From: Candidatus Flemingiibacterium merdigallinarum | GTDB lineage: Bacteria > Bacillota > Clostridia > Oscillospirales > CAG-272 | Reading direction: 5' to 3' | DNA: 64,000 nucleotides | Assembly: GCA_904386005.1 (NCBI GenBank) | Contig: CAJFKR010000002.1 | Span: forward strand, 741-64,740 | In this document: one piece after another, positions 1 to 8,055 of the stretch | Layout of the letters: each line of letters starts with the position of its first letter | Numbering within the stretch: position 1 is the first letter of the stretch | Notes under the pieces: generated by a model | Databases searched by the model: none | Told to the model about the DNA's origin: nothing | The model's input: only the letters and a program-made list of their open reading frames with translations | Made by a program: the position numbers and the translations under genes

Positions 1-1
1 C

Positions 2-874
2 AGAGTGAAGCCCGACTGCGCGTATATCCTCTGCGAGAATGTACAAAAGCCGCGGGTCGCGCTCGAGTGCGCGCGGCGGGGCGTCAACATAATAATCGAA
101 AAGCCGCTCGCCGCCGACCTCGCGGGCGCGGAGGTGATTGCCGGCGCGGCCGAAAAATACGGCGTCGAGGTAATAGTAAACTGGCCGGTCGCGTGGCGGG
201 GATATCTGCACCGGCAGAAGCGGGCGGCTGACGACCTACTTCTCGGCAGGTCGCTGCGGCTAAATTATCAGAATGGTCACACCGGTCCGCTCGGACAGGG
301 CGCGCGTCACCGCGGCGTCGCTGAAACAGCCGACGAAATGACCGACGAGGAACGGGGGAGCTGCTGGTGGTACCACTCGGACTGCGGAGGCGGAGCGCTG
401 CTCGACATACTCTGCTATGGCTGCTATTTTTCGCGCTGGTATTTCGGTCTGCCGCTCGGAGTGTCGGCGAGCGAGCAAAGACTTTCGCTGTCGTACGCCG
501 ATTGCGGCGACAACGCGGCGGCGATATTCAGATACGCCGACCGGCTCACGGTCGCCGAAGGCAGCTGGACGATACCGCGCCGGCTCGTGCCTGCCGGACC
601 GCAGCTGCTCTGCGAGGACGGCGCGCTCTGGTGCTCGGGCGGCGCTGATTCGAATCAGTCGGTCGAAGCCTGCACGCTCGCGGGCGAGGATGTGGTCGTT
701 CCCGAATTCGAGCTTTCGGACGATATGCGAAATCTGCCGTGGCACTACGCGGCACACCGGCTGCGCGGTAAGAAGCTGTTCGAGACGTTGGACCTCGGGT
801 TCAATCTCGACGTCATGCGTATGCTCGACACCGCGACGCGGTCGTCGCGCGAGGGACGAGAGGTCGAGCTGTGA
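2..874 (+). CDS. Gfo/Idh/MocA family oxidoreductase (5' end lies outside the window)
   Basis: The frame is open from the window edge. It carries the EKPLA motif (NIIIEKPLAADL) typical of the family. The stop codon TGA is at 872-874, directly ahead of the activase gene. Confidence 0.75.
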   Translation, partial: RVKPDCAYILCENVQKPRVALECARRGVNIIIEKPLAADLAGAEVIAGAAEKYGVEVIVNWPVAWRGYLHRQKRAADDLLLGRSLRLNYQNGHTGPLGQGARHRGVAETADEMTDEERGSCWWYHSDCGGGALLDILCYGCYFSRWYFGLPLGVSASEQRLSLSYADCGDNAAAIFRYADRLTVAEGSWTIPRRLVPAGPQLLCEDGALWCSGGADSNQSVEACTLAGEDVVVPEFELSDDMRNLPWHYAAHRLRGKKLFETLDLGFNLDVMRMLDTATRSSREGREVEL

Positions 875-885
875 GAGTGCACGCA

Positions 886-1737
886 ATGAGCGGCAGCGTC
901 GAGAGTGGGTTCGCGGTCGGTGAGCGCACGGCAGACATTTCAGGCGGCGATAATGCCGAGCCGGTTTACGGTCTCGTCGCCGACATTGAGCGCGGATCGC
1001 TGCACGACGGACCGGGTATACGCACCGCGGTATTCATGAAGGGCTGTCCGCTCGACTGCGCGTGGTGTCACAATCCCGAGTGCATATCGCCGAAGCCGCA
1101 GACTCTTTACTATCCCGAAAAATGCGTCGGCTGCGGGCACTGCGCCGACGGCTGTCACAACGGCGCTCGGGTCGTGTGCGGGAAAAGAATGACTCCGGAC
1201 GAGCTGCTTTTGGTGCTGCTCGAGGACCGCGAATACTACGGCGACACCGGCGGGCTTACGCTGACCGGCGGAGAACCGCTGATGCAGCCCGCGTTCGCGC
1301 GCGAGCTGATACGGCTCGCGCGGCGCGAGCGAATCGGCGTCGCGGTCGAGACCTCGCTGTATTATTATGACGAGGAGCTGCTTAAGTCATTCGACCTCAT
1401 AATGTTCGACCTGAAGCTGCCCGACGACGAACGTCACCGCAAATACACCGGAGTCGGCGTGACAAACATAAAGGAGCATATCCTTAAGGTCGCGCGTCTG
1501 GGTGTGAAGCTGCTCGCGCGCACACCGGTCGTGCCGGGAGTCAACGCCGACATTGAGACTATCGCCGAGATATCCGACTTTCTGTATTCGCTGCCCGCGG
1601 TGTACAAATACGAGCTGCTGCCCTATCATCCGCTCGGTCGACCCAAGCGGGAAGCGCTCGGGCTTCGGCCCGACCGATTCGATGTACCGGATAGGAAACT
1701 TATGGAGGAGCTTAACAGATATGCTTTCGTACGCTGA
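886..1737 (+). CDS. glycyl-radical enzyme activating protein (radical SAM)
   Basis: It has the CX3CX2C motif CPLDCAWC, a ferredoxin-type CVGCGHCADGC cluster and an LTGGEPL SAM-binding motif. I chose ATG 886 as the start; GTG 871 is an alternative. Confidence 0.9.
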   Translation: MSGSVESGFAVGERTADISGGDNAEPVYGLVADIERGSLHDGPGIRTAVFMKGCPLDCAWCHNPECISPKPQTLYYPEKCVGCGHCADGCHNGARVVCGKRMTPDELLLVLLEDREYYGDTGGLTLTGGEPLMQPAFARELIRLARRERIGVAVETSLYYYDEELLKSFDLIMFDLKLPDDERHRKYTGVGVTNIKEHILKVARLGVKLLARTPVVPGVNADIETIAEISDFLYSLPAVYKYELLPYHPLGRPKREALGLRPDRFDVPDRKLMEELNRYAFVR

Positions 1738-3934
1738 CCGAATCAAACTGATACGTGAAACCAAGCTGCGCCACACACTCGAAAAGCGCCGGCAGAACGG
1801 ATATACCGATCTCGACGATTTCGGCACGGTACCGCTGCCCGAGGGGTACGAGGTCCTGCCGCTGTATACGAGCGAAAACGGCAGCTTTTACGGATATGAG
1901 GGAATGGCGGAGAATTTCGTCCGCGTCCTCGACGCGCATCCGGCATATGTAGACCCGGCAGAGATGCTCTGCGGGCGCTGGCGGGATATGCTCGTCAACT
2001 ATCGCGGAGATTTGCACTATATGCCCGACTGGATGAAGAAAAACAAGCGGCTGCGCGACTTTATGTCGAGCTCGACCGAGCTGTGGTCGAAGCGTTGGGA
2101 CGAGAAGCGCTTTCCGTACGACGACCTCAAGGAGTCACAGCGGAAATACAACATCGCGTCGGGCATAGACGGAGACGCGCACTTCGCGTGCGATTGGCGA
2201 ATCGGCTTCGAGCTCGGGTTCGGGGGATTTCTCGAGAAGATAGAGAAGTACCGCCGACTGAATCCGGGGCGCGACGATTTCTACGACGCCGAGAAAAAGT
2301 GCGTTTTGGCTATGATACGCTTTATCGACCGCCATATCGCGAAAATCGGCGAGCTTATTGAGGTTGAGACGCGTCCCGAGCTTAAAGCGAGTCTCGAGAA
2401 AATGCGCGCTGTTTGTCAAAATATTCGCACCGGCAGACCTGAAACCTTTCACGAGGTCTGTCAGTGGACGGCGTTTTTCTGCTGCTTTTCGCGTATATAC
2501 ACGCGCGACGGCGCGGGATATCAGCTCGACACACTGCTCTACCCGTATTATGAGGCTGATATCGCGGCGGGGCGGCTCGACGACGAGACGGCGAAGTTCC
2601 TGATCGCGAACCTGCTGCTGATCGACCCGCATTATTATCAGCTGAGCGGTGTCGACGCGGACGACAAGGATCTTACGAACCGGCTGTCCTATCTGATCCT
2701 TGACGCCGCCGACCTTATCAACATCAGCTGCAACATGACCGTGCGGGTAGACGAGAGGTGCGATCCGGCGTTTTTGCGGCGGGCGGTCGAGTATCTGTAC
2801 AAAAATAAGAACGGCTGGCCGCGCTTCTGCTCGGACAGGAATCTCTGCGAGGGTTACATGAAAAACGGCGTCGACAAGGCGACGGCGCGCGAGCGTATCG
2901 CGGTCGGCTGCCACTGGATGTGCGTCCCGGGGCGAGAATTTCCGATGAACGACACGGTGAAGATAAACATCGCGAAGGTGCTCGAGCAGGCGATGATATC
3001 GCTGCGCGAGGAGGGACAGCCGAGTCTTGAGCGGCTGTACAGTCTCTGGGAGGAGCACCTCGGTTACGCGGCTGAAACGGTTGCGGCGGGGGTGAACCTG
3101 CACCTCGACCACATAGCCGACGTCACACCCGAGCTTGTGATGAACCTGATGTTTCACGGCTCGCTCGAGCGGGGACTGGACGCGTCGCGCTGCGCGGAGC
3201 TTTATACTGTCGGCTGCGACGGCGCGGGACTGGCTACCGTAGCCGACTCGCTCGCGGCTATCGAGGTCCGCGTCGAGCGGGAGGGACTGGTCAGCTGGGA
3301 GGAGCTGTTCGAGCAGCTCGACAGCGACTTTTCGGACGAGCGCATACGCGGTATTATGCAGTCGGCGCCGCGCTACTGTGAGGGAAATTCGTCAGGCGAC
3401 TACTGGGCGAAGCGGCTTACCGAGAGCTTTTCGCGGATAATCCGCGCCGTCCGTATGCCGAAAGGACGTAGGCTTATTCCCGGTTGGTTCTCGTGGGCGA
3501 GGACTATCGAATACGGTCGCGCGGTCGGCGCGACTCCGAACGGGCGGCGCGCGGGCGAGCCGATCTCGCACGGCGCGAATCCCAATCCCGGCTTCCGCCG
3601 CGACGGCGCGGTCACGGCGCAGTCAAACGGAATCGCCGCGGTACAGCCCGGATACGGCAACACCGCTCCGCTGCAGCTCGAATTCGATCCGCTGCTCAGT
3701 GCGGAGGAGGGCGGAGTCGATGTAGTGCTCGCGCTGATCAAAGGGCATTTCGCACGCGGAGGCACGCTGATAAACATCAACATCCTCGACGGCGCGAAGC
3801 TGCTCGAGGCGAATCGTGACCCCGACCGTTATCCGGATCTTGTGGTGCGGGTGACCGGCTTCACGGCCTATTTCGCGTCGCTGTCACCCGAATTCAGGCA
3901 GCTTGTGGTCGATCGGTTCCTTGAAATGAAATAA
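1721..3934 (+). CDS. glycyl radical enzyme, PFL-like fold, subfamily unassigned
   Basis: The C-terminal glycyl radical motif is VVRVTGFTAYF (Gly713). The conserved ATPNGRRAGEPISHGANP segment is present. The Cys loop reads AVGCHWMCVPG (Cys397). ATG 1721 lies 10 nt after GGAGGAG and overlaps the end of the activase gene. Confidence 0.9.
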   Translation: MLSYADRIKLIRETKLRHTLEKRRQNGYTDLDDFGTVPLPEGYEVLPLYTSENGSFYGYEGMAENFVRVLDAHPAYVDPAEMLCGRWRDMLVNYRGDLHYMPDWMKKNKRLRDFMSSSTELWSKRWDEKRFPYDDLKESQRKYNIASGIDGDAHFACDWRIGFELGFGGFLEKIEKYRRLNPGRDDFYDAEKKCVLAMIRFIDRHIAKIGELIEVETRPELKASLEKMRAVCQNIRTGRPETFHEVCQWTAFFCCFSRIYTRDGAGYQLDTLLYPYYEADIAAGRLDDETAKFLIANLLLIDPHYYQLSGVDADDKDLTNRLSYLILDAADLINISCNMTVRVDERCDPAFLRRAVEYLYKNKNGWPRFCSDRNLCEGYMKNGVDKATARERIAVGCHWMCVPGREFPMNDTVKINIAKVLEQAMISLREEGQPSLERLYSLWEEHLGYAAETVAAGVNLHLDHIADVTPELVMNLMFHGSLERGLDASRCAELYTVGCDGAGLATVADSLAAIEVRVEREGLVSWEELFEQLDSDFSDERIRGIMQSAPRYCEGNSSGDYWAKRLTESFSRIIRAVRMPKGRRLIPGWFSWARTIEYGRAVGATPNGRRAGEPISHGANPNPGFRRDGAVTAQSNGIAAVQPGYGNTAPLQLEFDPLLSAEEGGVDVVLALIKGHFARGGTLININILDGAKLLEANRDPDRYPDLVVRVTGFTAYFASLSPEFRQLVVDRFLEMK

Positions 3935-3936
3935 AA

Positions 3937-3970
3937 CGGGCGGGGATATTCTCCCTGCCCGCGTTTATTA
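3937..3970 (+). terminator. putative intrinsic terminator after the GRE gene
   Basis: The stem is cgggcgggga / tccctgcccg with one G-U pair and a tattc loop. It is followed by gcgTTTATT. Confidence 0.55.
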
Positions 3971-4054
3971 AGTTACGGTACAAATAGGCGTCGAGGCGTA
4001 AAAGCAGTTCCGACGTATTATATTTATTCGCGGCACTTCGACAGACTCAATATG

Positions 4055-4858
4055 TCACCTCTCGCTCGTGCCGACCGTCAGCTCGAGACCCCAGTTGCCG
4101 TCAGCCGAGACCGACAGCTCGCGCGCTCCAGTGAGCCGTTCGGTGAGCTCGCTCGGAATCTCGATATCGCGTATCAGACTGCCGTCCGCGTCATACGCGA
4201 GCCAGCTGCCGCCGTTGTATTCGAGATAGGAGTCGACCGGCAGACGACCGATTTCGTAATCGCAGCCGTTGACAGTCAGCGTAAGACGCTCGAGCGGTGC
4301 CTTTTCGAGCGGCAGCGCGGCGATGTCTCCGATTGTGACTGAACACTCCTCGCCGTCGGGCAGGTGGTTCAGCCAGACCGACAGACTGTATATGTTCGCG
4401 AAGCTTATCGACTCGCGCACGACCTGATACAAATCGGCGTCGGTCGACGACGGGTGCCATTCGTACTGCGAATAGGGGATATCCTGAGCTATGCGGAAGA
4501 TTGAAGCCTGCTTCGCAGTGTTGTAGTGACCGCCGCCCGAGAAGGGCCACGCGTCCTCGCTCGTGCGCTCGGCGTCGCTCTCGATGAGCTCAAAGTATTT
4601 CCAGCCGACAAAGTCGATGTCGACAATCCGGTCGAGAAGTCCGCTGTTCGTGTATTTCGGCGAGCGCAGCTGGAAGTCGAGCTTCTCGCCCTTGCCGTCG
4701 CCGCGGATGTATACTCTGATGCCGCGGCAGCCGCCGAGATTGAGCGTCGGCTCGTATACGCGGTCGATGCGCGCGTAGCCGTTCGCTCCGTCCTGCTTCG
4801 CGTTGATGCGTATCGCGTCCTTGCCGTCACTGTCGGTGTCGGCGCTGACGCTGGTCAT
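4055..4858 (-). CDS. hypothetical protein; probably the C-terminal part of the interrupted upstream gene
   Basis: This is a 267-aa ORF. Its frame stays open and protein-like upstream of the ATG as far as 5032 (…KLRLYNNSPSSVKISEGEKLEGLRIENRPF…). I recognised no family motif. Confidence 0.6.
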   Translation of the reverse strand: MTSVSADTDSDGKDAIRINAKQDGANGYARIDRVYEPTLNLGGCRGIRVYIRGDGKGEKLDFQLRSPKYTNSGLLDRIVDIDFVGWKYFELIESDAERTSEDAWPFSGGGHYNTAKQASIFRIAQDIPYSQYEWHPSSTDADLYQVVRESISFANIYSLSVWLNHLPDGEECSVTIGDIAALPLEKAPLERLTLTVNGCDYEIGRLPVDSYLEYNGGSWLAYDADGSLIRDIEIPSELTERLTGARELSVSADGNWGLELTVGTSER

Positions 4859-6783
4859 TACATTGGTCGACGACCACAGCTTGATTTTGCCGAAATCGTC
4901 ACTCGCCGACAGCAGAATTGATGTGTCTGCCGTCCTCGATGGGAAGGGGCGGTTCTCGATACGCAGCCCCTCGAGCTTTTCGCCCTCGGAAATTTTGACG
5001 CTGCTCGGCGAGTTATTATATAGACGAAGCTTTTATAACTTATCGGAATCGGTACGCCGCCGCGCAGAATCGCTTCTCCGTCGGGGTATTCGCCGTTAGG
5101 GGAATTGTGACGCAGCCGCTCGTAGCCCGAGATGATGTCAGAAAAGCGCCCGAGCTCGTCGTTCTGCTTGCAGCCGCCGACTATAAACGACAGCGACCAG
5201 TCGCCGCACAGCGAGCGATAACCGAAATATTCGTAGTCGTCGGCGAACATCCGGCGGGTCTGTATCGGGTCGTTCGGGTCGACGTGCGGATAGCACCACC
5301 AGCCGAAATTCTGCGGCAGCGTCGTCGCGGCACGTATGCGCTGATTGCTCCTGTCGTGCTGCGACAGCAGGAACTTGTGCGCGCGCCGCGAGTGGTCCCA
5401 CGCGCCCATGCGCGAACGATAGTACCAGAAATGGTGCCACATCTGGCTCATCTCGAGTATCGGCGGGCGATTTACATTCTTCATTATCTCGGCGACAAAT
5501 CTGTTCGCGTAGTACCAAGCCTTTTCGTATCCGGCGAAGATGTCGCTGCCGTCGATAGCGTCGAGGTAAATCATATCGAAGCCGAGGTCGTTGTAAAACT
5601 CCGCGGTGCGGCGGGCGATTTCGAGGTAGAGGTCGCTGTCCTTGTCGGCGCAGAACAGCCCGAACACCGAGTGCAGATGCTTTACATTCGCTCCGGTAGA
5701 ATGCGGCGCGGCAGTCGTGCCGAGCGCGCCCCGCTCGCAGCTCATGAACGCGCTGTCGCCGACCGCGCCGAAGCGGATCACCTCATTGTCCACGACCAAA
5801 TACACGCTGTTGCGGACAAAGAAGCCGGTCAGTGTCGACACATCCTTGGTCGACTCAATCGTCGGCAGCGAGTCAGCCGCCGCGTCGACGTCGACCGCGA
5901 GCGAAAACAGGTCGCCGCCGAGTCCGGGGTCGGGAACCGGTGTGACGAACTCTGAGCGCGGGTCGATGAACTGCGCGTAGGTGTGCAGCCCCGCCTGAAT
6001 GCCCGCCGAATGCAGCCGGTCGATTATCTTGCGGAAGTCGTCACGTCCGTGTGGGAAGCAGCTCTCGTTCAGCTTGAAGTCGCCGAAGCGGAAGGTCGAG
6101 CCGCCGTGAAAGTCGAGCTGAGACGCTCCGAAACGTTTGACTGTGGCGATCCAGTCGTCGACGCTGTCGATATCGATTCCGGTCGTATTCATAAGGTAGG
6201 AGCTGCGCACATCGCTGTTGTCGGCGGCATATGCTCCGCCCTTTTTCGACCACGGGATATCCTCGGTAAGATTTGACGTGACCCACTTCATACGCTCGCG
6301 CAGCCGTTCGGCTTCACAGAGCAGCACCGCGAACGCTCCGCCCTCGATGCCGAATTCGGAGAAGCACTCGGCGTGCGTGCGGTCAGACGCGGACAAAAGC
6401 TCGGACGAGTTTGTATGGCTGTTCAGCGCCATACCGACCGAAGCGTATTCTTTACCATGCTCAGGGCAAAAGACGCCGGCGAATTTCAGCCGCTCGAAGC
6501 TGTCCGGACAGGACACGATTTCAAAGCGCGCGCAGTATTCGTACATATCGACCTTGATTCTGACGTCGCCGTCGTCGAAGCGCGAGACGATACAGCCGTC
6601 TTTGTATGAAGCTGATGTAGGGAAAACGGTTCCGCCTTCAAGCTCTGCCGAGACAAACGGCAGTTGGCTTATCTCAAACCTGTCATAAAAGAGCGTGCAG
6701 GAGTTTTTTTTAATGAGAAAACGAAGATGTAGCCTATCCTTGGTCAATGTGAATTCATCGTTGTCGGAAAAGTATTGTAGCAT
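4858..6783 (-). CDS. hypothetical protein, possibly TIM-barrel glycosidase-like; the last ~55 codons look out of frame
   Basis: This is a 641-aa ORF. Its composition is protein-like up to ...GVPIPISYK, after which the tail is Arg/Ser/Cys-rich junk (ITRRAASKFPRAKSSRGCVSR...). The functional guess rests only on segments resembling alternating beta/alpha structure (DFHGGSTFRFGD, DMIYLDAIDGSD). Confidence 0.55.
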   Translation of the reverse strand: MLQYFSDNDEFTLTKDRLHLRFLIKKNSCTLFYDRFEISQLPFVSAELEGGTVFPTSASYKDGCIVSRFDDGDVRIKVDMYEYCARFEIVSCPDSFERLKFAGVFCPEHGKEYASVGMALNSHTNSSELLSASDRTHAECFSEFGIEGGAFAVLLCEAERLRERMKWVTSNLTEDIPWSKKGGAYAADNSDVRSSYLMNTTGIDIDSVDDWIATVKRFGASQLDFHGGSTFRFGDFKLNESCFPHGRDDFRKIIDRLHSAGIQAGLHTYAQFIDPRSEFVTPVPDPGLGGDLFSLAVDVDAAADSLPTIESTKDVSTLTGFFVRNSVYLVVDNEVIRFGAVGDSAFMSCERGALGTTAAPHSTGANVKHLHSVFGLFCADKDSDLYLEIARRTAEFYNDLGFDMIYLDAIDGSDIFAGYEKAWYYANRFVAEIMKNVNRPPILEMSQMWHHFWYYRSRMGAWDHSRRAHKFLLSQHDRSNQRIRAATTLPQNFGWWCYPHVDPNDPIQTRRMFADDYEYFGYRSLCGDWSLSFIVGGCKQNDELGRFSDIISGYERLRHNSPNGEYPDGEAILRGGVPIPISYKSFVYIITRRAASKFPRAKSSRGCVSRTAPSHRGRQTHQFCCRRVTISAKSSCGRRPM

Positions 6784-6880
6784 AATACTTGCTGTCCAGC
6801 GTGCGGACAGCGACCTCCTTTCGGGGCGGTTATTTAATGATATTCAGTTGAGATATGCTGACAATAGCCAAACTAAAATT

Positions 6881-6948
6881 TGTCAGTATGAAAATGCTGT
6901 CAGTATGATAATACTGTCAGTATGATAATACTGTCAGTATGATAGCAC
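6881..6948. repeat. four tandem 17-bp units TGTCAGTATGA(W)AAT(R)C in a divergent promoter region
   Basis: The unit starts are at 6881, 6898, 6915 and 6932, so the period is exactly 17 bp. The array lies between the minus-strand gene start at 6783 and the AIM24 start at 7126. Confidence 0.85.
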
Positions 6949-7125
6949 ATAATTTTGAGTTTGTCAATAAAATTTAATGCAATCGGGAAAATCTATTGAC
7001 ATTGCGTACCGGTTGTGGTAACATTTAATATAGTAAGACGGTGAGGTTATGCTAAATATGCCCGCCAAGTCTGATATCGAATGAAAGGATGCTTTTTGCT
7101 TTAATAAAAGCCATGGTCAATTGAT

Positions 7126-7896
7126 ATGTACGAAATAAAGAATTTGTTTGACAACGACGACATAAAGGTGCTGACGACGCTCGGCTGCTTCACGGTCATC
7201 GAATACCAACGCGACCTGAGCGTCATGCCCGAGGATGCGCAGACTGCCTATTTTTGCAGCGAGATGAATGTGCGCCGCCGTCAGGTGATCTGCGACGTTG
7301 GAAAGTCGAATGTCACTTTGCAGGCGGGGGCTATGCAGTGGTCGGTCGGCAGCGTCGCGGCTACCACAGGCATCAAGGGCGTCGGCGATTTCTTCAATAA
7401 GGCAATTCGCGGCAGCGTCACCGGCGAGTCGGCGATCAAGCCCGAATATACCGGAAACGGCGTGCTCGTCCTTGAGCCGACCTACAAGCATATAATTCTC
7501 ATCGATGTCGCCGACTGGAACGGCGAGATTGTACTCGACGATGGACTCTTTCTCGCCTGCGAGTCGACGCTCGGACACAAGGCGGTCATGCGTTCGAACA
7601 TCTCGTCGGCAGTCGCCGGAGGAGAGGGTCTGTTCAACCTCGGCATTTCGGGCAGCGGTATCCTCTGTCTCGAATCGCCCTGTCCGCGTGAGGAGCTTAT
7701 CGAGATAAATCTCGTTGACGACGTATTGAAGATAGACGGAAATATGGCGGTCGCGTGGAGCCAGAGCCTTGAATTCACAGTAGAGCGTTCGGGCAAGACG
7801 CTGATCGGCTCGGCGGCTTCGGGCGAAGGGCTGGTCAATGTATACCGCGGCACGGGTAAGGTTCTGCTCGCTCCGGTCGTCAAGCCGGCACATTGA
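7126..7896 (+). CDS. AIM24 family protein (DUF124)
   Basis: The 256-aa ORF has the family-typical layout (NVRRRQVI..., GGEGLFNLGISGSGILCLESP, KIDGNMAVAWS). Recognition is by eye only. Confidence 0.7.
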   Translation: MYEIKNLFDNDDIKVLTTLGCFTVIEYQRDLSVMPEDAQTAYFCSEMNVRRRQVICDVGKSNVTLQAGAMQWSVGSVAATTGIKGVGDFFNKAIRGSVTGESAIKPEYTGNGVLVLEPTYKHIILIDVADWNGEIVLDDGLFLACESTLGHKAVMRSNISSAVAGGEGLFNLGISGSGILCLESPCPREELIEINLVDDVLKIDGNMAVAWSQSLEFTVERSGKTLIGSAASGEGLVNVYRGTGKVLLAPVVKPAH

Positions 7897-7919
7897 TAAT
7901 AAACTATTATAAACAGGCA

Positions 7920-7955
7920 GCCGCCCCGGGAGAGATTCGGGGCGGCGCATTTTAT
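7920..7955 (+). terminator. putative terminator after the AIM24 gene
   Basis: The stem is gccgccccg / cggggcggc, followed by gcATTTTAT. Confidence 0.5.
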
Positions 7956-8055
7956 CTATATTTACCGCGACGCTTCCGCGGAGATGTCGCGGATCATTTT
8001 TGGTCTGATATTACAGCTGTGATTTTAAATTGTGCGATCAATATGACTGCTGTCA

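Noticed and set aside
2135-3157. A 340-aa ORF on the minus strand inside the GRE gene. The same applies to other long antisense ORFs: 11204-12283 (-), 25696-27426 (+, 576 aa), 29682-30674 (+), 39032-40093 (+), 43828-44748 (-, 306 aa), 51331-52623 (+, 430 aa) and 52837-53487 (+).
   Set aside because: Each lies entirely opposite a gene with clear family motifs. Each has the Arg/Ala/Val/His-rich, low-complexity composition typical of shadow frames in G+C-rich DNA. None shows a recognisable motif or ribosome-binding site.
4856-4860. The TAATG stop/start overlap between the 641-aa and 267-aa ORFs, considered as translational coupling of two genuine genes.
   Set aside because: The last ~55 codons of the upstream ORF are junk-like. 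The downstream frame is open and protein-like for a further 58 codons upstream of its ATG. A frameshift near 5031-5034 explains this better.
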